Source: Desulfobacterales bacterium
GTDB taxonomy: Bacteria > Desulfobacterota > Desulfobacteria > Desulfobacterales > UBA5852
Length of the DNA: 64,000 nt
Assembly: GCA_963674755.2 (NCBI GenBank)
Contig: CAXXVS010000003.1
Span: 192,001-256,000, forward strand
Direction of reading: 5' to 3'
The translations under genes and the position numbers were made by a program. Below are positions 9,950 through 18,971 of this stretch, piece by piece; the first letter of the stretch is position 1, and each line of letters opens with the position of its first letter. The notes beneath the pieces were generated by a model, which was not told the origin of the DNA, did no database searches, and was given only the letters and a program-made list of their open reading frames with translations.

Positions 9950-10385
9950 TTCCCGAATCAAGGTGTATGGATTATGAGGAGCGCGGTTTTCTTCCGTACA
10001 CCTTAGCGATGATCGATACACGCAACACGGATATGGGAGGAGTGTGCTTCGGAACTTTCAAGCGCAAGGCCTGAGAAAGGAGGCGTACGCCAGTACGCCG
10101 CACCGACGAGGGGCCGCCGTGCAACGCCCATATTGGACTATCTCACTGAGGGCTTCGTAAACGTTCAAGATCAAGGCGCGCAAGGCCTGAGAAGGGAGGC
10201 GTACGCCAGTACGCCGCACCGACGAGGGCCGCCGTGCAACGCCCATATTGGGCTATCTCACTGAGGGCTTCGTAAACGTTCAAGATCAAGGCGCGCAAGG
10301 CCTGAGAAGGGAGGCGTACGCCAGTACGCCGCACCGACGAGGGCCGCCGTGCAACGCCGATATTGGACGTTTACGGAGCCCTCAG
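9950..10385 (+). repeat. Tandem array of a ~115-125 bp palindromic repeat element
   Basis: Near-identical units with 115-bp period (partial 10062-10145, then 10146-10260 and 10261-10385), plus a degenerate copy at ~9955-10040. The last unit has terminal inverted repeats CTGAGGGCTTCGTAAACGTTCAA/TTGGACGTTTACGGAGCCCTCAG and a core hairpin GGCGTAC-GCCA-GTACGCC. Confidence 0.9.
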
Positions 10386-12097
10386 AGGAAGTAGAAGCCG
10401 AGGGCCGCGTCGTACGGATCCGTGCCGTGAAACTGGCAGCCCACCGTATCCGCGAAAACCGATCGTACCACCCCGGTCTTTTTGATGAGGGTCTGGTTGG
10501 CGTTATCCAGATTGAAGCGCACCTGCAGCTGATCGCCCACCCGCAGCAGTCCGGCATTGCCGCATTTGAACTGCAGCCCGGTTTTGGAGAGGTTCTGCAC
10601 CACCATGGGACCCCACACATCCCCCGAGGCCAGCTTGTTGCCGCTGTGCCGGGACTGGGCGAAATAGCCCTCCAGCCGCACCTCCTTACGGAAGTTGGTC
10701 CGCAATTCCCGGATGATGCGAAAGCGGTGGCGGCAGGGGCACTGCACCCGTACGGCCGACCCCATGAGCTCGAAAAGCTTCTCGGGCACGGCATCCTGAA
10801 ACCCGCATTGGGGGCAGGTCATCTCGTACTTGCCGTCCAGGCCCGGGAAAACCGACGTGCGTCCGTCGCTTCCCGCCTGTTTGTCGGCGGCAAACTTCAT
10901 CCGCGGCCTGACTTTACCACCGGATCGCGTGTTCTGGGACGCGGCCAGCCGGCGGCGGGTGGCCGGGGCCGCCGGTGCTGGTTCGTCGATGATCTCGATA
11001 TCGGCGATATCGATGGTTTCCACGGCGGATTCGGCGGTTTTCTCCCCCGGAGCGGGAGAGGCGCCTGGGCGGGGCTGAATCAACGCCGGGCCGGGCCGGG
11101 CATGGGGCAGGGCTTCCGCCATGAGCCGCCCGGCCAGTTTGACCAGGGAAATGGCATAGTCGACCCAGCGCATGGGATGGGAAGAGGCCACGCCGATGAT
11201 GCCGATCGGCGTCTGCTTGCGGAAGATGACGTGGCAGAGGATAGCGCTCAGGTCCATCTGATGCCACGCCCGCAGCGCTTTGCGCTCCAGATGGGAAAGC
11301 GTCCCCGTATCGTTGACCACCCATTCGCGATTTTTGTTAAGCTGGCTGTAGATGCGGGCCATGAGCGCCAACGGCATGGGCGGGGGCGGGGGCGGGGGCG
11401 CGCTTTCCTGGGGGGTCAAATGCCAGTTGAAATCCGTCACCAGGCACTGCTCTTTGACGTCGACGCGGCTGACAAACCCGTATTGGGCCCCGGCGAAGAG
11501 ACCGATTTTCTCCAGCGCGCCGCCGATCGTGATGGCGGTCCCCACCGTCCGGGACGGGTCAAAGGCATCCACCCAGCTGAAGATCAGATTCACCAGATCC
11601 TGCACGGTCTGGGCATCCTGCATGGCCAGGCGCAGGTCCGTGATATCGGAGAGGGCCAGGTGAACGCGGGGCGCCCGATCGCCCTTGCCGCGCAACAGCC
11701 CCAACTCGATCTGGGCGTGGCGGGGGGTGCCGGGTGCCGCTACCAGTTCGACTTCCACGCTCTGGCGCTTGGCCGAGCGCTGGAGTTCGTTCCAGTGGGA
11801 GTAGAACACCACCAGGTCGTCGATCTTGACGAACAGGGAAAAGGGTTTGCCTTTGACCGTGCCGGCGTTCTGCCCGATGATCTTGAGAGCCTTGGCGTCG
11901 GCCGCCAGGATGAGGCCGGCCCGGTCCAGCAGCAGGGAGCCCACGTCCACCAGGTTGCGCCCGCACTGACCGCAGTATTTGAAAAAGGGAGGATTGATCG
12001 TGCCGCATCCGGGGCAGGCGTTCTTCAGCTGCGCTCCGCATCCGCCGCAGTAGTTCTGGCCCTCGGCTGTTTCGGCACTACATTTAGGGCAGCTCAT
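10382..12097 (-). CDS. Multidomain signalling protein: double zinc ribbon - PAS-like - GAF-like - Cys4 zinc finger - PilZ
   Basis: Four N-terminal CxxC pairs; PAS- and GAF-like segments; CPQC...CPC; PilZ motifs RTNFR (RxxxR) and NLSKTG ([D/N]xSxxG). Confidence 0.75.
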   Translation of the reverse strand: MSCPKCSAETAEGQNYCGGCGAQLKNACPGCGTINPPFFKYCGQCGRNLVDVGSLLLDRAGLILAADAKALKIIGQNAGTVKGKPFSLFVKIDDLVVFYSHWNELQRSAKRQSVEVELVAAPGTPRHAQIELGLLRGKGDRAPRVHLALSDITDLRLAMQDAQTVQDLVNLIFSWVDAFDPSRTVGTAITIGGALEKIGLFAGAQYGFVSRVDVKEQCLVTDFNWHLTPQESAPPPPPPPMPLALMARIYSQLNKNREWVVNDTGTLSHLERKALRAWHQMDLSAILCHVIFRKQTPIGIIGVASSHPMRWVDYAISLVKLAGRLMAEALPHARPGPALIQPRPGASPAPGEKTAESAVETIDIADIEIIDEPAPAAPATRRRLAASQNTRSGGKVRPRMKFAADKQAGSDGRTSVFPGLDGKYEMTCPQCGFQDAVPEKLFELMGSAVRVQCPCRHRFRIIRELRTNFRKEVRLEGYFAQSRHSGNKLASGDVWGPMVVQNLSKTGLQFKCGNAGLLRVGDQLQVRFNLDNANQTLIKKTGVVRSVFADTVGCQFHGTDPYDAALGFYFL

Positions 12098-12267
12098 AAA
12101 AGTGCTCTATAGCCCATTATTTCCCAATAAATCAAGACGATGTTGTAATTTCATCCCACCCGCTCCTCACCATGTCACCCGCCATGGAGACCGGTTGCAA
12201 CAGGGCGCCGATCAGGCTATGGATACCCCAGCGGCTCGGCGGCGAGCCGCAGACACGGGAGGGCACC

Positions 12268-13182
12268 ATGGCCCCGCGCGACCCCCAGGAAGGGCTAATT
12301 TTCGACGTACAGCGATTTTCCCTGCACGACGGGCCGGGCATCCGGTCCACGGTGTTTTTCAAGGGCTGCCCCTTGCGCTGCCGTTGGTGCCAAAATCCCG
12401 AATCCCAAACGCGCACCCCGGAAATGGCTTTTTACCAAGAGCGCTGCCAGGCCTGCTTCTGCTGCGAGGCGGTCTGCCCCGAACAGGCCATCACCCGCCG
12501 ACCTGAGGCGCGCATCGACTTTGTCCGCTGCTCCGCCTGCGGCGCCTGCGCCGCGCGCTGCGATCCCCAGGCAATCGTGACGATCGGACAGCGCTGGCCG
12601 GTTGACCGGCTGGTGGCTGAGATCGAAAAGGACCGTGATTTTTTCGAAGACTCGGGAGGCGGGGTAACGTTCTCCGGGGGGGAGCCCATGGGGCAACATG
12701 CCTTTCTGGCCTGCCTGCTGCCGGCGCTTAAAGCACGCGGCCTGCATGTTGCCCTGGAAACCTGCGGCGTGTTCACCTGGCAGCAGATCGAGCCCCTGTT
12801 GCCCCATCTGGACCTGATCTACTTCGACCTCAAGCACATGACGCCGGACATCCACAGGGCCCTGACCGGAAGGGACAATATCCTCATCCAGGAGAACTTC
12901 AGGCGGCTTGCGTCGCGCTTTGCCGGCCTGCGGGCGCGCATGCCGCTGGTGCCCGGCATGAACGACGATGAGGCCAATCTGCGGGCCACGGCCCGTTTTC
13001 TCGCAGTAAACCGGCACGACCGCATCCATTGCCTGCCCTACCACAACCTGGGCGAGGCCAAGCTGGCGCGGCTGCAGACCGCGCTGCATCCCTTGAAAAC
13101 CGATCGGCCGACGCCCGAACGACTTGCGTGGGTGGCGGATATCTTTGCCCAGGAGGGGATCCATGCCCTTATCTACGATTGA
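12268..13182 (+). CDS. Glycyl-radical enzyme activating enzyme (radical SAM with ferredoxin insert)
   Basis: HDGPGIRSTVFFKGCPLRCRWCQNPE, two CxxCxxCxxxC ferredoxin motifs, GGVTFSGGEP; ATG 12268 with GGAGG RBS. Confidence 0.95.
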   Translation: MAPRDPQEGLIFDVQRFSLHDGPGIRSTVFFKGCPLRCRWCQNPESQTRTPEMAFYQERCQACFCCEAVCPEQAITRRPEARIDFVRCSACGACAARCDPQAIVTIGQRWPVDRLVAEIEKDRDFFEDSGGGVTFSGGEPMGQHAFLACLLPALKARGLHVALETCGVFTWQQIEPLLPHLDLIYFDLKHMTPDIHRALTGRDNILIQENFRRLASRFAGLRARMPLVPGMNDDEANLRATARFLAVNRHDRIHCLPYHNLGEAKLARLQTALHPLKTDRPTPERLAWVADIFAQEGIHALIYD

Positions 13183-15556
13183 CCGGACGGAAGAATGCCC
13201 TCCGGACTGCCGCATCCAACGCCTCAAAGAAGCGGTTCAGGGCGCACGTCCCGGAGTCTGCACCGAGCGGGCTCGGATCTGGACCCGCTATCACCGCCTG
13301 GCCACCAACCGCCGCAAGCCGGCGGCCATCCAGATGGCGGAAGCCCTGCGGGAGGTGCTGCGCGGTAAATCCATCACCATTTACCCGGATGAACTGATCG
13401 TGGGCAATTTCTCTTCCAAGCGGGTGGGCGGCTCCCTCTATCCCGAACTGCACGGCGTTCCCATGCTGGAAGATCTGCTCAAATTCCCCCGACGAAAAAC
13501 CAACCCCCTCCGGATCTCCTCCAAAGAACAGCGGCAGCTGGCCGCTTTGATCCCCTTCTGGTCCCGCCGCTTCCTGGCCTACCGCGCCTTCCGGTCCCCG
13601 GCCCGCCGCTGGCGGTTTATCCTCCACCAGCTCCAGGGCCAGGACTACCTCATCAACGAGTCCGGGGGCATTGCCCATCTGGCACCGGACTATGCCACGC
13701 TCCTGCGGTTGGGGGCGGACGGCATCGCGGCCCGGGCGAAAACCCGCCGGAAAGAGACGCCGGAAGACTCGGAAGCCGATCTTTTCTACGAGGCCGTCCA
13801 GATCATCGCCGAAGGGCTGGCCCGTTTCGGAGAACGCTATGCCCGCCTGGCCCAAGACATGGCCGGCCGGGAGCCCGACCCGGATCGCCGCGAAGAACTA
13901 TACGGGATTGCCGCCGTCTGCCGCCAGGTGCCCCGCCACCCGGCGCGCACCCTGCAGGAAGCTCTCCAGAGCCTCTTCTTCGCCCAGATCGCCCTCAATT
14001 TGGAGAGCCTGGACAACTCCATCTGTCCGGGCCGCATGGACCAATACCTCTACCCTTTCTACGAGCGGGACGTGCGCAACGGCCGCCTGACCCCGGACCA
14101 GGCCCGGACGCTGGTGGCGGCCTTCTCCATCAAAATGGCGGAAATCGTGCCGGTTTTCTCCGAGCGCCTGACCCGCTTTCACGGCGGCCTGTTCAACGGA
14201 CAGGTGGTCACCGTGGGCGGGACCACGGCCGACGGGCGGGATGCCGTCAACGACCTCACCATCATCTTCCTGGACGTCATGAACACCCTGCGCATGCGGC
14301 AGCCCAACTATCATGCCCGCCTCCACCGGAACACCCCGCCGCACTACCTGGCCCGCATCCGGGACATCCTGGCCGACGGCAGCAATTCACCGGCCCTCTA
14401 CAACGACGACATCATCGTGGAGACCATGTGCCGTCAAGGTTATGCGCTGGAGGACGCCCGCGACTACACGGCCGTGGGCTGCGTGGAGCCGGTCTCCCAG
14501 GGCAGGAGTTTTTCCTCCACCGATGCCGCCCTGGTCAACGTGCCCCTCCTGCTGGAGCGGGCCTTGAACGAAGGACGACGCTTCGGGGCCCGGCGGCGCT
14601 CCGGCGCCCGAACCCCGCCGGTGGCCCGCATGACCGCCATGGCGGATGTGACGTCGGCCTTCCAAGCCCAGCTCGAGCAGCAGATCTCCCGCCTGGTCCG
14701 CGATCTGCACGCCGTGGAAGCGGCCAACCGGCGCTACCACCCCACCCCGCTTACCAGCATGCTGTTGGAGGGCTGCCTGGAGCGGGGCATCTGTTCCACC
14801 GCCGGGGGCGCCCGTTACAACTTCTCCGGTGTGCAATGTGTGGGACCCGCCGACACCGGAGACGCCCTGTACGCCATCGAACAGGCCGTTTTCAAGGATC
14901 ACCGGCTCTCCCTTGGGGCGCTGGTGGATCAGCTCAAGGCCAACCTGTCCGACGAGGCGCTTCGGGCCTACCTGAGGGGGCTTGCAAAATTCGGTAACGA
15001 CGCCCCCGAGGCCGACCGCTGGACCCGCTGGGTGGTGGAAACCTTTGCCCGGGTCCTGGCGCAACACCGCAACACTCGCGGCGGGGCCTATGTCACCGGA
15101 CTCTATTCGGTGACGGCCCACCAGGCCTTTGGCAGCGTCACCGGCGCTCTGCCCCAGGGCCGCCGGAAGGGGGCGCCCTTTGCCTCCGGCATCGCCCCCG
15201 GCAACGGGCTGGACCGCAAGGGGCCCACGGCCTTGCTGAACTCCCTCAACCGGCTGGATTTCTCCAAAACCGCCAACGGCGTCAACTTCAATCTCAAGTT
15301 CGACAAGCAGACCCTGCGCGGGAAGGCCGGGCGCATGGCCTTGCAGAGTCTGATCAAAACCTACTTCCGGCGGGGCGGGATGCAGATGCAGGTGAATGTC
15401 TTCGATGCGGACGAGCTGCTGCGGGCCTACCGCCATCCCGAGGCCTACCCCAACCTGCTGGTGCGGGTTTCGGGGTATTCGGCCTATTTCAACGATCTCA
15501 CACCGAAGATGAAAGAAGAGATCATCAGGCGGCAGCTGGTAGCCTGCGGCCCCTGA
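13163..15556 (+). CDS. Glycyl-radical enzyme (PFL-like/eliminase class), substrate unknown
   Basis: Active-site loop AVGCVEP, glycyl radical motif LLVRVSGYSAYF, GRMDQYLYPF. Start overlaps the activase 3' end and follows an AGGAGG RBS. Confidence 0.92.
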   Translation: MPLSTIDRTEECPPDCRIQRLKEAVQGARPGVCTERARIWTRYHRLATNRRKPAAIQMAEALREVLRGKSITIYPDELIVGNFSSKRVGGSLYPELHGVPMLEDLLKFPRRKTNPLRISSKEQRQLAALIPFWSRRFLAYRAFRSPARRWRFILHQLQGQDYLINESGGIAHLAPDYATLLRLGADGIAARAKTRRKETPEDSEADLFYEAVQIIAEGLARFGERYARLAQDMAGREPDPDRREELYGIAAVCRQVPRHPARTLQEALQSLFFAQIALNLESLDNSICPGRMDQYLYPFYERDVRNGRLTPDQARTLVAAFSIKMAEIVPVFSERLTRFHGGLFNGQVVTVGGTTADGRDAVNDLTIIFLDVMNTLRMRQPNYHARLHRNTPPHYLARIRDILADGSNSPALYNDDIIVETMCRQGYALEDARDYTAVGCVEPVSQGRSFSSTDAALVNVPLLLERALNEGRRFGARRRSGARTPPVARMTAMADVTSAFQAQLEQQISRLVRDLHAVEAANRRYHPTPLTSMLLEGCLERGICSTAGGARYNFSGVQCVGPADTGDALYAIEQAVFKDHRLSLGALVDQLKANLSDEALRAYLRGLAKFGNDAPEADRWTRWVVETFARVLAQHRNTRGGAYVTGLYSVTAHQAFGSVTGALPQGRRKGAPFASGIAPGNGLDRKGPTALLNSLNRLDFSKTANGVNFNLKFDKQTLRGKAGRMALQSLIKTYFRRGGMQMQVNVFDADELLRAYRHPEAYPNLLVRVSGYSAYFNDLTPKMKEEIIRRQLVACGP

Positions 15557-15567
15557 AGTCTTCCGTC

Positions 15568-15792
15568 TCAACAGCGGCAACCCGCCGAACCGCAGCGCCC
15601 GGCCGCACTTCCGGTCCGCCCACCAAGGAATCGAAGGATCCCTTTGCCGCCGCCTTTGAGCCGCTTCGCAAAAGGCCACCATGGATGCCGCCCACACGCT
15701 TGTTTCAGCAGCTGCCGGCGCCGCACCTCCCTGTCGATGGCACGGGCGCGCTCCCGGACCAGGCATTCCAACCCATAATAGGTATCCGACAT
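15568..15792 (-). CDS. Small basic Cys-containing protein (74 aa)
   Basis: GAGGAGG RBS just after the methyltransferase stop; MSDTYYGLEC...GCRC. Confidence 0.5.
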   Translation of the reverse strand: MSDTYYGLECLVRERARAIDREVRRRQLLKQACGRHPWWPFAKRLKGGGKGILRFLGGRTGSAAGRCGSAGCRC

Positions 15793-15803
15793 GTCCGTCC
15801 TCC

Positions 15804-16436
15804 TCAGGCCGTTCCGGTGGCCATAAAGATGCCCACCGCCGCCCGCTCGGCCCCGCATCGTGAATCCGCGCAGCACTGCTCGCCTGGAACCCCGTTGACG
15901 ATGATATTGGAAAAACCCGCCGCCATGAGCCAGTGGCGGATATCGCTGCGGTAAAACCCCATCCAGCGGTCGTGGTGTTCTTCTCTTAAAAATTGGAACG
16001 CATGTTTGTCCAGATCCGTGATCACCAGGCGGCCGCCGGGCTTCAGGATGCGCTTCATTTCCAGAATCGCCCGGGAGGGCACCTCGCTGTGGTGCAGCAT
16101 CATATTGGCAAAGACCCCGTCCACGCGCCCATCTTCGATGGGAAGCCGCTCTGCTTCCAGAAGACGGGTCTCGACGGCGTCCGCCCGGCCGAATTTGCGG
16201 CGCAGTTCTGCCAGCATGTTGGCGGAAGGATCCACGGCGATCACCCGGGCCCCGGCGGCCACCAGCCCCTCGGTCATGAAGCCGGTGCCGGCCCCGATGT
16301 CAGCGGCCAGATAGCCCGGCCCCACCCCGGCCACCCCGATGGCGAAATCCCGCACATGGGAAGAGAAAAAGCTTCGCCGCATGGCGTCCCATTCCGGCGC
16401 CGCCGTTTCAAAATAGGCGTTGGCCTCCATGATCAT
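15804..16436 (-). CDS. Class I SAM-dependent methyltransferase (UbiE/ArsR-methyltransferase-like)
   Basis: ADIGAGTG motif I, ANMMLHH, LKPGGRLVITD, C-terminal CC..C. Confidence 0.9.
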   Translation of the reverse strand: MIMEANAYFETAAPEWDAMRRSFFSSHVRDFAIGVAGVGPGYLAADIGAGTGFMTEGLVAAGARVIAVDPSANMLAELRRKFGRADAVETRLLEAERLPIEDGRVDGVFANMMLHHSEVPSRAILEMKRILKPGGRLVITDLDKHAFQFLREEHHDRWMGFYRSDIRHWLMAAGFSNIIVNGVPGEQCCADSRCGAERAAVGIFMATGTA

Positions 16437-16464
16437 CTTCCTTTCCGAATGAGATATCGTGGGA

Positions 16465-16638
16465 TCACAAAAGATTGCCGATCACCAGGGAGATGGCGAC
16501 GGCCATGGCGCACCAGAACACGGCTTTCAGCGACAAGGCGCGCGGTCGCATGCTTACGGCAGGCGGCGCCGGATTCCGCCAGGCCGTTTCCTCCGGTCGA
16601 AACAGTTCATGCATCCATGAAACCCTTCTTTCTGCCAT
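16465..16638 (-). CDS. Possible small membrane protein (57 aa)
   Basis: MAERRVSW... ending in a hydrophobic helix (AVFWCAMAVAISLVIGNLL); first ORF of the unit divergent from LysR. Confidence 0.35.
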   Translation of the reverse strand: MAERRVSWMHELFRPEETAWRNPAPPAVSMRPRALSLKAVFWCAMAVAISLVIGNLL

Positions 16639-16726
16639 GCTGCTTTTCCTGTCCGTCTCGTTGCCGCGATGGAACCATCGCCCCCTGTCTGGACGCCAAC
16701 TTAAGTCTTCCGATGCCTCAGATCCA

Positions 16727-16763
16727 ATACGGATTGCTGATGACGGTCTTCCGAAATCCTGAT
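16727..16763 (-). promoter_or_regulatory. Putative LysR-type regulator binding sites
   Basis: Two related 15-mers ATCAGGATTTCGGAA and ATCAGCAATCCGTAT (T-N11-A) 22 bp apart in the divergent intergenic region. Confidence 0.4.
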
Positions 16764-16850
16764 TTGACAGGTATCGCCTGTCGGCGATAGAAGTCTCACC
16801 AGCCCGCCTTGGGCCCTGGCACACGTAATGATCATGAGAGGACCTGCGAA

Positions 16851-17789
16851 ATGGAACTCTACCAGCTTAAAACCTTTGTCACCGTGGCTGAAGAAGGACA
16901 TCTGACCCGGGCCTCGGAGCGGCTGCACACCAGCCAGCCGGCGGTCAGCGCCCATATCAAGGCCCTGGAGGAGGAAATGGGGGTGCCACTTTTCATCCGG
17001 ACCCCCAAGGGCATGCTGCTCACCCGGGAGGGCGAAATCCTGCAGGCCAGGGCCCAGGCCGCCCTCGACACCATCGACGCCCTCTACCGGGAAGCTTCCC
17101 AACTCAAGGCGGATGTCGTGGGCACGGCCCGCATCGGTCTGCACATCGATCCCCAGTTTCTCAAGATCGACTGTTTTCTCTCCCACATGCGGCGGCACTA
17201 TCCGAAACTGGACTTTCATCTGCTCCAGCGCTGGTCATGGCAGCAGCCCGAGGCCTTCAAAAAGGGCGACCTGGACGGCGGCTTCGTCTACGGCGATCCC
17301 GGCTTGACCGAACTGGAAGTAATCGCCCTACGCACCTTCAATGTGGTCGTGGTGGGCCCGGCGGATTGGGAGAAACGGATAAGGGGGGCCGGCTGGGAAG
17401 ACGTCGCCCGTATGCCCTGGATCTGGACCCCGCCCAACTGCCGCTTCTGCCAGATTGCGCTGGAAGCCTTTGAAAGCCGGGGCTTGCAGCCCCTGCGGGT
17501 GACGGTGGCCGATCAGGAACCGCTCATCCGGACCCTGGTGGCCGCGGGCATCGGGCTCTCCATCATGATCGAGGAAGAAGCGCGCCGGAGCCAAAAGGAA
17601 GGCCGGGTCGCCATCTGGGAAAAAGCCCTCGGCAGCGTGGATCTGGGGTTCATCTATCCCCGTCGCAGGGCTTCCGAACCGCTGATCCGGGCGCTGGTGG
17701 AAGGCATCCGCCAGGTGTGGCAGGTCCCGGAAATCAAAACCGCCTCCCCAAACCGGCCGACAATCGCAAAACAAGGAGCATTGCCATGA
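16851..17789 (+). CDS. LysR-family transcriptional regulator
   Basis: MELYQLKTFVTVAEEGHLTRASERLHTSQPAVSAHIKALEEE helix-turn-helix. Confidence 0.95.
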   Translation: MELYQLKTFVTVAEEGHLTRASERLHTSQPAVSAHIKALEEEMGVPLFIRTPKGMLLTREGEILQARAQAALDTIDALYREASQLKADVVGTARIGLHIDPQFLKIDCFLSHMRRHYPKLDFHLLQRWSWQQPEAFKKGDLDGGFVYGDPGLTELEVIALRTFNVVVVGPADWEKRIRGAGWEDVARMPWIWTPPNCRFCQIALEAFESRGLQPLRVTVADQEPLIRTLVAAGIGLSIMIEEEARRSQKEGRVAIWEKALGSVDLGFIYPRRRASEPLIRALVEGIRQVWQVPEIKTASPNRPTIAKQGALP

Positions 17790-18916
17790 AAACCGACACC
17801 CGCTGCGTTCACAGCGGCAGTTATTTCGACAAGACCACGGGCGGCATCAACACGCCCATCTTCACCTCCTCGGCCTACGACTACCTGGACCGGGAAGAAG
17901 CGCCTTATCCGCGCTATTTCAACACCGTCAACCAAGACGCGGTGGTGAAAAAACTCTGCGCGCTGGAAGGGGCCGCCGGCGGGGTGCTCTTCAGCTCCGG
18001 CATGGCCGCCATGACCACCGCCATCCTGGCCTTGGCCGGCGCCGGGGACCACGTGGTCCTCATGGACGAACTCTACGGCGGCACCCATGCCTTCGCCACC
18101 GACACCCTCGGACGTATGGGCATCGGCTATGCCTTCACCGCAGGCAACGCGGCGGCCATCGCCGCGGCCGTCAGCGACCGCACCCGGGTCATTGTGATCG
18201 AGTCCCCCACCAATCCGCTCCTGACCGTGGTCGACATTGCCGCGGTGGCCCGCTTCGCCCGCTCGCGCGGCATCACCACCATCATGGACAACACCTTCGC
18301 CAGCCCCATCAACCAGACACCCCTTGCATTGGGCATCGACATCGTGGTGCACAGCGGCACCAAATACCTGGGCGGTCACAGTGACCTGTGTTGCGGTGTG
18401 GCGGTCTCTTCGCAACCCAACACCGAAAAAATCCTCCATGTGGCCCGCCACCTGGGGGGCAGCCTGAATGCCGCCTCCTGCTACCTGCTCGAGCGCAGTC
18501 TCAAGACCCTGGCCCTGCGGGTGGGACACCAGACCGCCAATGCCCGGAAGATCGCGGAATACCTGGAGGGACATGCCAAGGTCCGCCGGGTGTTCTATCC
18601 CGGGCTGCAGAGCGCCTCCGGGCACGACCTGGCCCGGGCCCAGATGACGGGCTTCGGCGCCATGCTGTCTTTCGAACTGGATTCCCGGCAGATCCAAATG
18701 GACCGCTTTATGCGCCACCTCGAACTCATCCGGCCGGCGGTCAGCCTGGGCGGGGTGGAAACCACCATCTGCGCCCCGGTGGTGACCTCCCACGCCAAGA
18801 TGACTGCCGAGGAACGGGCCCGCATCGGGATAACGGACGACTTGCTGCGTCTGTCCGTGGGCATCGAAGATCCGGAGGATCTGCTGGACGATCTGGCGCG
18901 GGCTTTGGCGGGTTGA
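17786..18916 (+). CDS. PLP-dependent trans-sulfuration enzyme (cystathionine beta-lyase/gamma-synthase family)
   Basis: FSSGMAA, ESPTNP, DNTFASP, HSGTKYLGGHSD, RLSVGIE; ATGA overlap with the LysR stop. Confidence 0.92.
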   Translation: MKTDTRCVHSGSYFDKTTGGINTPIFTSSAYDYLDREEAPYPRYFNTVNQDAVVKKLCALEGAAGGVLFSSGMAAMTTAILALAGAGDHVVLMDELYGGTHAFATDTLGRMGIGYAFTAGNAAAIAAAVSDRTRVIVIESPTNPLLTVVDIAAVARFARSRGITTIMDNTFASPINQTPLALGIDIVVHSGTKYLGGHSDLCCGVAVSSQPNTEKILHVARHLGGSLNAASCYLLERSLKTLALRVGHQTANARKIAEYLEGHAKVRRVFYPGLQSASGHDLARAQMTGFGAMLSFELDSRQIQMDRFMRHLELIRPAVSLGGVETTICAPVVTSHAKMTAEERARIGITDDLLRLSVGIEDPEDLLDDLARALAG

Positions 18917-18971
18917 CCACCGCCAAGTCGAATTCGCGGCCCGTTCCTGTAGCTCAGGGAACAGATGGGGT

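Noticed and set aside
10050..10385. CRISPR array
   Set aside because: The 115-bp units repeat in full with no unique spacers, and there are no cas genes in the window.
13163..15556. Pyruvate formate-lyase (pflB) or an aryl/alkylsuccinate synthase
   Set aside because: It has a single Cys in GCVEP rather than the CC of PFL, and lacks the small subunit genes and motif context of succinate synthases.
16664..16750. Fluoride riboswitch (GCGATGG...GCTGATGAC)
   Set aside because: The pseudoknot complement is missing and the spacing is too long; the sequence is better explained as LysR boxes.
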